A stretch of DNA of 51,750 nucleotides, the filler included, from Squatina squatina (taxonomy: Eukaryota): NCBI GenBank assembly GCA_031763465.1. It is 3 parts of 3 records of this genome, joined end to end, with 100 filler letters (N's around TTAATTAATTAA, not from the genome) between each part and the next. Parts side by side here need not be neighbours in the genome. Positions count along the whole stretch, not along the records: positions 1 to 14,359 come from JARFOE010000046.1; 2 more parts are not named here. One strand, written 5' to 3'. Below the pieces are notes generated by a model that was given only the letters and a program-made list of their open reading frames with translations, made no database searches and had not been told where the DNA came from. The position numbers were made by a program, and so were the translations under genes. Position 1 is the stretch's first letter, and each line of letters begins with the position of its first letter. Below are positions 1 through 11,790 of the stretch, piece by piece.

Positions 1-3000
1 AGCCCACCCGAGAGTTTTATTCTACTCTTGAGTTTGTTACAGAGGAGTTTGACTGTACCTGCCTCTTTAAACTGAAAATGAAATTTTGTTGCCTGCAATT
101 CACGCAAGAGTTTTTCAATAAATACTGGTTCGCATTCAATTCAGAGCTTATCAGTCTTCTGAACCAGTAATTGCAGTCTATTACCATGCGCTCTTACTGA
201 CGCTAGTACATAAAATGGATGCACTGGGTGATTTTTAATTGCCTTTATCTATTGCTTTCTCAAGGTTAGGTGATTATACTTTATATTGCAATGGTTTTTT
301 CCATTTGGGACTTTGATAATTAAGCAGTTGCCTATGCAAGCAGAGTTATCTGCAGCCCTTCAACCTGTCCCCACTGAACCACCCTGATGCCATTGACAGA
401 AGCCTCAACCAGGGAGGGGAATGGATTGCCAAGCACTAATCCGTACTAAATGTGGAACTGTCGGAGTCAAATTAACATATATGATGCATGAGGTTCTCAG
501 TATTGTATCCTAAATCTCAGTGCATGCATATAAGGTCCCTTGTTCAATCAATTCTGTTAGGTTGGGAGAGTACGTGTTAATGATAGATCATGGAAATAAA
601 GAAGAAATTAGAAAACAGGCAGATATTAGCCAAAATTGAACCACTTTCAAAACTATTGCCCTTGACAAGGACAATAATTTGTGATGCCTGCCATGGAGGC
701 AGAAATGCTTAATAGTACTCGGTTCAAATCGCAGCTCTGGGGCTGGTCTTAAAGTGATATGCATGTGATTTTTTTTGTTGGTAATTGTTAAATGCTTCTT
801 GTATATTTATATCTTCTATCTTTCAGTAAAAATACAAGTTAAGAGTTTGATTATTTTCATTGCACAATGTAAGAATTCTAGGTATTTATTTCATTATTGT
901 TAAATGTGGCATTGAATATATTTTAGTTTCAAAGTGGGACGTTCCATAATCTCAGATTTCCATTACTGTTTGAGAAAGGCTAAGCAGCAAATCCAAACTA
1001 AANNNNNNNNNNNNNNNNNNNNNNNNNNNNNNNNNNNNNNNNNNNNNNNNNNNNNNNNNNNNNNNNNNNNNNNNNNNNNNNNNNNNNNNNNNNNNNNNNN
1101 NNGGTGTTTGAAAGCATACTTTAACCAAAGTCTGAGTCAGGGATCCTCTATCCACAATGGATGACCATTTCTTGCTATGTACAGTTGCTGCTTCAAGATT
1201 CATTAGATTGTTGAAAACATCACAAACAGCTGGAAACTAAACCTCAGACTTGCTCTTGTGCATCCATTATACCATGTACAAGCCATCTGAACCTCTCGAC
1301 TCACCAGTAACTCACCTCAAGCTGTCCGTTATTCTATATATAAACTGCTTAAATCCTTTGATCTGGTTATAGGATATAATTAATTCCTCATAGGTGCCAA
1401 TGTCTCTGTTAAAGGATATAGCATGATTAAAACTGAAATTACTGAAAGATGGGTGTTATTTCTGCCTCTGTTGTCCTGTCATCAATGTTGAGAGCAATAT
1501 AATATTTTTGATGGCCTTATTGTTGCTACTAGGTCAAGTCTTCTCCCTGCTGAAAAATAACAAACTATCATTTGATGTGTTTGAGGCATTACATTAATAT
1601 GGATTTGCCTATCCCTGCCATCTCCATAGGGATGCAGCATTGAAATTCTTCACTACATCTACATTGGGTATTAAAATATGAAGCACCACTGGGTGTTGCT
1701 CAATGCATACACTGCAGTGCTCTTTGTCAATGGCATACTGTCAATAAATTTTAGCTATTTAATGATATAATAATAAAAGGAGTAGCAGTTTAAACAACAC
1801 AAAAGAATGGTCCTTTAGCAATAAAACATTTAAAAACCTCAAATAAGATTGATGAACTTAGCATAATTTTAGCAGGGTATGCAGAAAGATCACTGGGTGC
1901 ACATATTGCCGTGTCAGTTTAATGCTGATCTCAATCATCCACTTTTAGTGATGGGAGAAATTGCTGTCAAAGAGAGCTTGTTATCTGTATTGAAAGGAGA
2001 ATTCCATAAAGATTGATCAGAATCTTTATGGAGNNNNNNNNNNNNNNNNNNNNNNNNNNNNNNNNNNNNATTCTGTGAGGGTTTGTCGTTGAGTAGCTGA
2101 GGGAAAAGTAAACACATGCTGCAGAATTTCAATCAGATCTTTGATAGAAACCTGTAAGAGTTAACCTTGACAATGTTACTGCACTGATAAGGTCAGCAAT
2201 TTGCAAATAACCACCTCATTTGGGTTGTTGCATCATCACTCTATAATGGGATTGCAAGAGTTAGTGCTGGTGTTATGTGAATAACGATTCCTTGTCCTCC
2301 TCTCTTCCACAAGCTCCAGAATGCTAATTAATGGTTGGTTTCAAACACCCTGCTAATCAATACTGGCTCAGATCATTAATTTGCGAAATGGATACATTTT
2401 GCTGTATCAAGTTCACCGTAATCAGCGAATATCAAATGTCAGACAAGCATTTGCAAATGCATCTAGGATCTCCAGCGATGCAAACATTCTGACTAATAGT
2501 TGATCGGGTTTTGCTTCTCTCAATTCATGTAGAATTCAGTGAAGTGAGGGACCAGTTGTAACAGTCTGCTAGAATACTGCCCTTCTTCAACTTCTGTATG
2601 AAAGATTTGAATCCAACTCAAACTAACAGGATGAGTCTCTATTTGTCATTTTGATAGTAAAGTTCCCAAAATTTACTTTGCCAGATCTTTGGTTTAATTA
2701 GAAGGTGTCTTCATTTGCAATAGGAAGCTTCCTACGCAAGTTATCATTACCAGCCTAATGCAGCACTACCCTACCCTACCCACTGAATTGGAAAATTGTC
2801 CTTTTCAATAACGCTGGCACTGGGACACCTCTTCAGTCTTTTTTTAGTTTCGCCATATGGCAAAGATATCAGCTGCTTTTGCTCTCGTAGTCGCCCCCGT
2901 TGCTTGTTATCATTAGTACGAACAGCAGGAAGTGAATGACACAGCCTGCCAGCTGAGTCTGGCACGTTAACCCTTGCGCTGGGCCCACCTATAACATCTG

Positions 3001-4626
3001 TCATTGCGGATGAACCAGCTCAAACATGGGAGGCACAGTAAGCATGGGCACGGGCACTTTAAGGCTTGATGTTACAAATTAACGCCTTTACTGCTCTCTG
3101 TTATTGACACAGCTCGATTGATCTCAGTCTTGAAAATTTTCAATTGACCCCCAGCACCNNNNNNNNNNNNNNNNNNNNNNNNNNNNNNNNNNNNNNNNNN
3201 NNNNNNNNNNNNNNNNNNNNNNNNNNNNNNNNNNNNNNNNNNNNNNNNNNNNNNNNNNAAAGGCTGTGTTCTTAACCAACTGTATCAATCAGCTCCCACT
3301 ATTTTTATGTTACAACATTCAGCTTCAGAAAGTCATGTAAAATAATCCCTCACCAGTTCTCTGTTGCACAAAAAAAGACGGATTTTAAAAGGTATTGCAG
3401 TCAGCATAGGGTTCACCTAATGTGTAAGCAAAATCAGGTTGTTCTGTATGTCCTAACTGCCAGTGATTTATAAAATGGAATAAATGCTAAATTCTTGGAA
3501 TAAGATGCAAACAGATTTACAGAGTTTAAAAAAAACTCTTCCATCCATTAAATGTGACAAGTCACCCACACAGTGTGTCAAACTGACGCCTCTCATTTTT
3601 TAGCTATTATTGCCAGTACATTCTGCATAAGCAATGCTTTCAAACAGCACCTTACTTATTGTTCTAATGCTGCAGCATATTGCAGGATACTTATTCTGGT
3701 TGAAATAAAATCCACTAACTATTCCACTTTGAAAGATATTGCAAGAAATTCCTCAGAAGCTCTTTCTGAAGGAAATGATCTCTGATTGATGCAGGGTATA
3801 CTTCGTTTGTATCAAAGAATGAAAAAGAGNNNNNNNNNNNNNNNNNNNNNNNNNNNNNNNNNNNNNNNNNNNNNNNNNNNNNNNNNNNNNNNNNNNNNNN
3901 NNNNNNNNNNNNNNNNNNNNNNNNNNNNNATTCAGCCTCGCTGCTTATCCATGGTGGTGTAGCCTCACACAAACAATGTAAATCTGAATACTGGTGAAAT
4001 ATGTTAGAGAAATATTGATGTTTAATGATTCTGAGGCAGGTGGGGGGCTGATAATTTATTGACACACTGACGCACTTTGACAGGCATAACCAACACATCT
4101 AGAGGAGTGAAATCTCAGCTATCATTTTACGTGGTCTTTTTGTTTTATCAATAGCTCGCTGTGAGTTCCTCCAGATACTTCATTATTTCACAAGCACCTC
4201 AGCTAAATGTTGAGCATTGGCACTTTTTCCATCTCTTGTGTAAATGCCTTATGCCACCCACCTGCAAGGAATTTGACGTAAAACTTTAGTTTTGAAGTTA
4301 TGCTGCAAGGTGCAAGCGTAAGAACATTGAGCGAGAGTTAAATTGGAAAGGACCCGAAAACGGGCTTGGGGATCGTGGTGCGCAATTAACCAGCACCTGT
4401 TCATTGCGCTGCAGGCAGGACGTTGAAATAGTGTTGGTTGCTGAGTTCCATGATTGCTGCTTGCAGCCAGCGCTACCCATGCTATTCATTGGCTGCATGC
4501 ATCAGCAGTCGGCCCGATATTGTGAGGGGCTGACGCTACTTAAAGTCAACGGGAACCTTTTAAAGGGGAAGTGCATTATGTGGAGTGGTGTCAGGAAGTT
4601 AATTGTTTTTGAAGATTTTTTTCAAC

Positions 4627-4880
4627 ATGGCTCAACCTGCGAGTGAGCGTGCACCAATGTTTTCTGACCATACACTGGAGGTCTTGGTGCAAGACATGGA
4701 AAGAAGGAGCAACATCTTGTATCCACGGGGGGCGGAGGGGTGGGGGGCAGGTAGCCCTCAAGTCATATGCTCAAAAGGCAGTGGGAAGAAGTAACGGCGA
4801 AGGTCGATGCCAGCTGTATTGCTCCAAGAACATGGATGCAATGCAAGAAGAAGTTTAATGATCTGACACGAGTTGTCAAG
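4627..4880 (+). pseudogene. Degenerate Myb/SANT-like DNA-binding domain exon of a PIF/Harbinger transposon (NAIF1/MSANTD-type)
   Basis: ATG at 4627 reads MAQPASERAPMFSDHTLEVLVQDMERRSNILYP. After a frameshift in a G-run and a TAG it continues PSSHMLKRQWEEVTAKVDASCIAPRTWMQCKKKFNDLTRVVK, then a GTCAGT donor at 4881. This fits the RAPxFS...W..V...RT..QC.KKF.DL pattern. Confidence 0.85.
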
Positions 4881-5206
4881 GTCAGTGAGTTCAGTCTTCA
4901 AATGGCATGTCCTACCAACTGTACCAGTAGCCTCATCCGCTGAGCAATTTGCGACACCCCCATCACCCACCTACCAACAATCTCTATCAATCAGTACTCA
5001 ACCCGTCAATTCATATGGTTTACCTCACCCTCACACACTTAGCACTGTTGCAAGTCTTACAGCCATAACTCACAGTTCACACACACTGGCAGCTATTCAA
5101 CCAGGANNNNNNNNNNNNNNNNNNNNNNNNNNNNNNNNNNNNNNNNNNNNNNNNNNNNNNNNNNNNNNNNNNNNNNNNNNNNNNNNNNNNNNNNNNNNNN
5201 NNNNNN

Positions 5207-5425
5207 TCTTTTGGCTTCCTGATGCAATGGTTTGTGAAGCAATCATGCCTTATGTTTATTAAATCTGACTCAAAATCACTTGAATTTTCTGAGTTTATAT
5301 TTGTTTGATTGAAATCTCCCTTTAATACAACTTTTATGTTCTCACACAACCATCCTATCTCTTCATGTAGCAAGTTGCCCTCCTTAGGCTGACATAGAGG
5401 TCAGTAGCATATCCCAAGTGTAAGT
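5207..5425 (-). mobile_element. CR1-clade LINE ORF2 AP-endonuclease fragment
   Basis: Translates TLGICY*P...LHEEIG...VVLKGDFNQTNIN...HDCFTNHCIRKP, matching the YRPP, GDFN and DCFL..KPTR motifs. Confidence 0.75.
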
Positions 5426-6881
5426 GGATTTTTTTTTAACTGTAATTCTCCAGGTATGTCTTAAGTGGGGATTACTTTGATTCTTTCTTTAATTTTATGG
5501 CTCATTAGAAAAATGATTCTAAGTGACATCAAGATCAAGATAGCCACCAGATAAAGGTGGGAGTAGGATCAATACAAGACTTGATGCCGGTGAAAGGAAG
5601 TAAATATAAGGAGCCCTAGATAATGCAAAAGGTTAATAATCTAGACCTTCAACAAACAAGGCTTTGAAAAGCGCCATCCTTGCTTTTAAAAAGAAGTCTA
5701 CATAGCATTTCAGAAGTTCAAAAATACAATTCACTTAGATGTATAGCATCATAAGAGGAGTGAAGGTTACAGAGAGCTACCGAATGTTGCTTCAAGGGAC
5801 ACAAGATTGACTCAATGCATAATTCTGAAGACTGAAGACATTATTACAGCTGAGGGCAACTACTTTATCATTACTGTTGGATAGCTTATTTAGTAATCAT
5901 TTATACATGGCTCATACCCTAGGTTACTGTGCTTTGAATAATATGAAGGGACTCTGCCATATTTAGTATGTATCAAATCATGCTGCACTCTGTTTTGTCA
6001 CTTGCCTCATGTTAAGAGAAATATTGCAGTTGAGTCTGTCTAATGAATCCCTCTTGACATTCCTTGAAAGGACAAGATGTATATTTTTTGTTCATAAGTG
6101 TAATAATAGACTTAAGAGTAGCTGTTGGCAAGAAAGGGTTTTAGACAGGAATATGTTTGTCATTTGTAAAGTTCCAGGCAAATCAAGTGCCAGGGCGAGA
6201 GCACTATAAGGGCTCTGCACTGCATCCTGTGATTCACAAGACATTCTATATACAGCCATCTGTAGAAGTATTGGAAAACCTGACCTGAATCTGCCCGTAT
6301 TTGTCGGTTCAGGTTATTTAGATTTAACTCGTCTTTGTGCCTGAAAGTGGGGCAGGAATCTGACTGCTGCAGCAGGCCTGTCNNNNNNNNNNNNNNNNNN
6401 NNNNNNNNNNNNNNNNNNNNNNNNNNNNNNNNNNNNNNNNNNNNNNNNNNNNNNNNNNNNNNNNNNNNNNNNNNNNNNNNNNATTACAGTCATAGCTTTA
6501 GCAAAGTTTTAGTCATAATCATAAAAAATGAACTAGTTTAGTTAAAGTACTACTGTAAATGTTATGATTCTTATTTGCCAAACATTTATGAAACAGTAAA
6601 GCCCTAAAACAAGGTGCAGTGTTATTGTGTCGCTTTTGAAGATTTGGCCCCAAAGTTGCAGTCTGCAGTGTAGTGCAGGTTTATGCCACAAACCTGCAAA
6701 AAGAATACACACCTACCTGATGGGGGCCCACCTTCCTAAACTTGCTCTCTCACACTGTAATGGAGGGCAGCGTAATGGTCCACAGATCCCAGGGGCGCAG
6801 CCTGTGCGGAACCGTACTTGGGTTCAGTGGGCCTGGTCCTCCAATCAGCAAACAGAATTAGATTTTACATCATTTCAGAAG

Positions 6882-6927
6882 GGAATCCTGTAATCAGATT
6901 TAATGGAATCCCGTAATGAGATTTAAT
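6882..6927 (+). repeat. Two-copy 23-bp tandem duplication
   Basis: ggaatcctgtaatcagatttaat followed by ggaatcccgtaatgagatttaat (2 mismatches). Confidence 0.85.
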
Positions 6928-7813
6928 TACAATTTACTTGTGCACTATTGGGATGTACAGGGAATTTGTTTCTCTTACATTTACCTGTATTTCTGGTTTT
7001 ATTTCACTGATGGCTAGAAATTACTTTTCTTATTTAATTCACTGCTAAAGCTTTTAGTTGGCACCACTTCCATTAAGTTCAGAAATACGCCAGGTAGTGC
7101 CTTTATTGCAAATAGAGAATGAGGAGTCTGCCAGGTCTCCATGGTGTGCATGCGTATAAATAAATTAATTTAAAATTGAGAGTGTTGGAATTTATTATGG
7201 ATGTATTTTCAGAGGGAGTGGTGCTGTAGTAGCAGTCATTTATGTATTGTTATGGCCTCTTAAGTTTGAAACTTCAGTGCAGAAATTAATACATGCAACC
7301 ATGATATGCAGGATAACGACACATTTGAGTGTTGTTAATGAATTGTACGTAGTGATCATGCTTTTTCTCTTTTTTTCTGCATGGCCTAAGTTTAGGAGTT
7401 TAGCCAGTGGCTGATCATCAAGGGGCTTAAGAGAAATGTAGTAAATGTCAGATTTAATGACTATGATAAGTGAAGTGATATATCCAGAAGCCTTAGGCTA
7501 TGCAGCCCCGTGAATGTTTGCTTTTAGAGAGTAACAAAAGTCTATTATTATCCTATATTTGGCAAAGAACAATTTAACTATCTCATATTCCCATATTTCA
7601 ACTGCATTAGAGTCATAATGTGTTAAAATAAATGTACTACTTCAAAGAAACTCTGCTCTTTTGTAAAAGTTCAAAATCTGTGATGTTTCACATCTGCTGC
7701 AGCAACACTAATAACATTGTAATTTTTATGCAAGTTTGACTTTTCAAGAAACTTACAATAGTTCCGACATGTTTGGACTTAATGCAATCAATTGGAAGTG
7801 ACTGAAAATTATC

Positions 7814-8422
7814 GGGCCTGAAATTACGATCTCCCCGGGTGGGAAAGATGTTCCCACGTACCTGGGGAGACATCGCAAATGCTGGTTCTGTGGCTGATCA
7901 GCTTAAGCCCGCAGAACCGGCATTTGCGATCTGTCAAGATTCTGCTTGACAGATTCAATGCTTAGGCTCCGTAACTGATTCCCAGTGCTGAGATTTGTGA
8001 GATTTTTGAAAATCTTGCGCTGGAAATCTGTTAAAGATTTTTATGCAATGTAAAACCTAGATTATTTGCTTGGTTTTACCAGCGTAAGAGTTGTTAAATA
8101 ATTTAAAATCAAAAAAATTGATGGGACATTACTTTAAAACTATTTCCAGTAAGGTATGTTTTTAGACATTTTAAAAGATTTTTTTTTTAATTAAAAAAAA
8201 AGTGTTATTTATCTCCTTTTTATTAAATTTTAACATTAGAATAATTTTCTAAATGTTTTGGGATGTGTTTCTGTTGTTTTTCATCTTTCATTGAAATTTT
8301 GACAATTGCTGAGAGCTGTCAAAAGTTCAATGAAAGATACACCTACCTGATTGGTTGGGGCCTCCCATATGACCTCTCCAGCCTCTTTGCTCGACGTGCC
8401 CCGGACTCTACAGAACCCCACT
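7814..8422. mobile_element. Probable non-autonomous DNA transposon end with three consecutive hairpins
   Basis: Starts gggcctgaaatt, with inverted repeats at 7830-7870, 7872-7930 and 7929-7954. An AT-rich interior follows and the element is cut by the gap at 8423. Confidence 0.5.
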
Positions 8423-8522
8423 NNNNNNNNNNNNNNNNNNNNNNNNNNNNNNNNNNNNNNNNNNNNNNNNNNNNNNNNNNNNNNNNNNNNNNNNNNNNNN
8501 NNNNNNNNNNNNNNNNNNNNNN

Positions 8523-8951
8523 GTGCCCGAGTCAAGGCTCCAGAAACAAGCATTCTATTCCGAGCTTCATCACGGCAAGTGATTACCAGGAGGGCAGAGA
8601 AAACACTTCAAGGACATCCTCAAAGCCTCTCTGAAAAATGTAAAATCCCCACCGACTCATGTGAATCCCTTGTCCAAGACCGCCCAAACTCGAGGAGAAG
8701 CATTCATGAAGGCACCGATCACTTCGAGCTTCTTCAAAGGGAGCACGTGGAGGCCAAGCACAAGCAACGGAAGGGGTGTGTGGCAATCCGACCATCCCAC
8801 CCACTCACGCCATCAAACACCACCTGCCCCACCTGTGGCAGAGTTTGTGGATTCTGTATAGGACTATTTAGTGACCTCAGAACCCACAGTACAGTCATCC
8901 TCAACCCCGAGGGACTGCCTAAGAAGAGAAGAAGAAGGAGAAGAGAAGAAG
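8523..8951 (+). mobile_element. RTE-clade LINE 3' end
   Basis: GQRKHFKDILKASL / KCKIPTDSCESLVQDRPNSRRSIHEG...TCPTCGRVCGFCIGLFSDLRTH, with a C-terminal zinc-finger-like motif, followed by a (GAA)-rich tail. Confidence 0.85.
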
Positions 8952-9130
8952 GTGATACAGTTCCTTTGAAAAGGCAGATACTGAAAGTAAAGAAGTGGAC
9001 ATCAGTGGAAATATTTAAAATGGATAAGTAAATGGTTGACACTTTGAGGGCATTCATGTGTTAGGTGTGAGGACCCTGGGGAGATAGGAGGAGGGATTGC
9101 TGGTGCATTGAGAAGGTGAGGAATGAACCA

Positions 9131-9442
9131 ATTGAACCGCTGCTCAATGATTCACTGCCTCACACCTCTGGGCTCTGGTGGGATAGTAGCATCCTGAACT
9201 TCCTATTGATCATCCTACTCCTGCTACTGCACTTCTTCCTCCACAGGAGTCTCTAAAAGTTGGCCACTTTGCTCTTCAGTCCAGTTGAGGTGGGAGATGC
9301 AGTTCTGAAATACTTACATGGTGTAGGGCATCTTGTGCCCTCGCCTCCTTCACCCTCTTCTAGCAACATCTCCAGGTATATGCACTCTTCCTTGCACTCT
9401 TCCTTCCACCCCCAACAGTAGACCCAGCAGAACATCCATCAT
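9131..9442 (-). pseudogene. Internally deleted Harbinger (HARBI1-like) transposase relic
   Basis: One frame with stops: MMDVLLG...RRG*RRRGHKMPYTM*VFQNCISHLNWTEEQSGQLL (N-terminus) runs straight into EEEVQ*QE*DDQ*E...PRGVRQ*IIEQRFN (C-terminus). No DDE core is present. Confidence 0.6.
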
Positions 9443-9832
9443 AAAAACAATAATGTTGAATGCAAAGCAAAAAAAACACTTCTAACCCTCCAAAAACTTC
9501 TTGTGAGAATTTTTTAAACACTGTTACTGCAACTAAAACAGACAAAAAATGGCTCACAAGTACCAAAGCAACTTAAGGTGACCAACCAGAGATTTAGCTT
9601 AATGGATTTGAGGATCCCTTAAACAACGCTTCTGCAGCCTGTTTCTTGACTATTCCCACCAAGGTCTGACAGATTAGCTTTTGGGATCTCATGGGGGGGA
9701 AGGGGGAAGATTTTCTCTGTGTGCTATATTTTTTTCTATCTTCTCTCAATGCAAGAATGCAGTTATTGCCTGAATGCCAGCTGCCCTGAAAAGGAAGTTG
9801 TGGGTCTTCTTTGCTCACAATTATTTACATCT

Positions 9833-10030
9833 GTGTGACCTGTTAGGCCACATCAGAGAGCATTAAGAGTCAACTGCATAGTTTGGGACTGGAGTCATAT
9901 GTAGACCAGACTAGGTAGGTTTAACAGCCCACAAATGATCAGATTTGATTCCATTTAGTTTCACATCTTTCTATGGTTGGATATGAACTCAAACCCTATG
10001 GGTTACTAATCCAGAACCATAATCACTGCC
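9833..10030 (-). mobile_element. Degenerate HE1-type V-SINE
   Basis: Reverse V-domain (ttaagagtcaac...ggagtcatatgtagaccagact) and reverse tRNA-like head; similar to the copies at 15257 and 48150. Confidence 0.7.
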
Positions 10031-11551
10031 ATATCTATGGTCCTAATGAATATGCTTGCCATTTTGTTCTACATAATGCACACACATAGGACATTGTCCC
10101 TATGGCGTTTTTGGGTGTCTTTCCTTTTTTTAATCTCACTATGTTAGCTGATTTAACCATGTCAAGATGCTCTATAGGAATTTGCTGCTTCTAAAGCAAC
10201 AATGCTGCACCTCAGTGCTCATGTAATGAGCAACTAACAATTATAAAGTTCACACGGTGAACAAACAGTAGTTTCATTTAATTGTCCACCAACTTAATAA
10301 CACAAAAAGACTGTACCAGGTGTAACCACAGTCGTTTAAAAAGCTGTGAGTGAAATAATTGAATGAGGTTGCAGAGATTTTGTGGTGTTGATATTACTGA
10401 AACTTATTGCTCTCCTTTTTTATGACTTTATCTTCATTACCAAAATAAGCTTTCAAGCTGCAAATAGGTTGCACTGTCTTGTAAAAGTGATAAAGCAGTA
10501 TTGCAGTGAATACCAATCTAATTTTGCAAGGCAAACTCAGTTGGTGTGATAATGGAGAACTAGATGGATATGAGCAACTGGGACTTCACAGAGAAATGAT
10601 TGATTTTACAAAAAGCAATTTCAGAAAGGGCAAAGGCGCAATTCCAGTAAGAAGTTTATTTTGAAATATAATGGGGATAGTGTTGGCAACCTGCCACTGC
10701 CGTACAATTTTAAAACTGTTGAATTGCAGAATATATTACTGTTTATGTGCTAAATGGAGAGGTAGATTGCCATGCAGAACCATTCAGATTAATTTAGTGA
10801 TAATTATAACCATCTTGAATCATTGGTGATTGTGTTTCTGAAGTGCTTAATGTGGATCCGTTGATTTTAACACACTATGTGCATTATTTATTAAAGTCAA
10901 AGGATGAGAAGAATTAATGTATTGACACTGACAATTCTGCTGTCTTATCAAAAAACATAACCATCACAAGTTCTACCATAAGACTTTATATACAGTGGTT
11001 ATTGTGATATCTTGAGACACAGTAAATACACACAGCTTACCACATGGCTTCCAGGTTGAACTGTGAGCCAGCACATGGCTTTATTGATATGACACCAGTA
11101 GTCCACTAAAGGGCTCTACAACACTTCCCCCTCCTTACTGAAGAAGTTAATTGTATCAAAAAATCTTTGTATGTGACTTGCATGGTATACACAAACTTGG
11201 TATACATTTCTCAAATGGAGCCCATTTTATGTTTCCAAATTCAACTATAGAATTCTGTAACACAAACAAAAGATATGAACTTATTTTCCATATTTACAGA
11301 TTAAACTTAAACACTGTTTTTTCTGTTTCTTGAACAGAACTTTCAGACCTTGTTGTTGGACTTTCACTCATTCTGGACTGAACCTGAAGAGAATTTTTCT
11401 CCAAGGGCTGACCTTGATCTATATTTGGACTCACAACACTTTCAGACTGTTNNNNNNNNNNNNNNNNNNNNNNNNNNNNNNNNNNNNNNNNNNNNNNNNN
11501 NNNNNNNNNNNNNNNNNNNNNNNNNNNNNNNNNNNNNNNNNNNNNNNNNNN

Positions 11552-11790
11552 TGAAGTGATGCACTTTGGTATCAAGAATGAGAGGCAATATAAACTGAAC
11601 GGTACAATTTTAAAGGGGGTGCAGAAATAGAGACCTGGGGGTGTATGTACACAAATCTTTGAAGGTGGTAGGACAAGTTTACCACTACTTATTAGCAGAG
11701 GAAGAGTAGAAAAGTGAGGAAGTTATGCTAAACCTTTATAAAACACTGATTAGGTCTCGGCTGGAGTCGTGTGTGTTCAGTTCTAGGAAG
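11552..11790 (+). mobile_element. CR1 LINE ORF2 C-terminal fragment
   Basis: EVMHFG..N...YKLNGTILKGVQ..RDLGV.VHKSLKV...EEVMLNLYKTLIR. Confidence 0.85.

Noticed and set aside
2447-2460. Perfect 14-bp palindrome gcatttgcaaatgc
   Set aside because: About one palindrome of this length is expected by chance in a window this size, and it has no supporting context.
8921-8951. KKRRRRRREE, resembling a nuclear localisation signal
   Set aside because: It is the translated (GAA)n tail of the RTE element.
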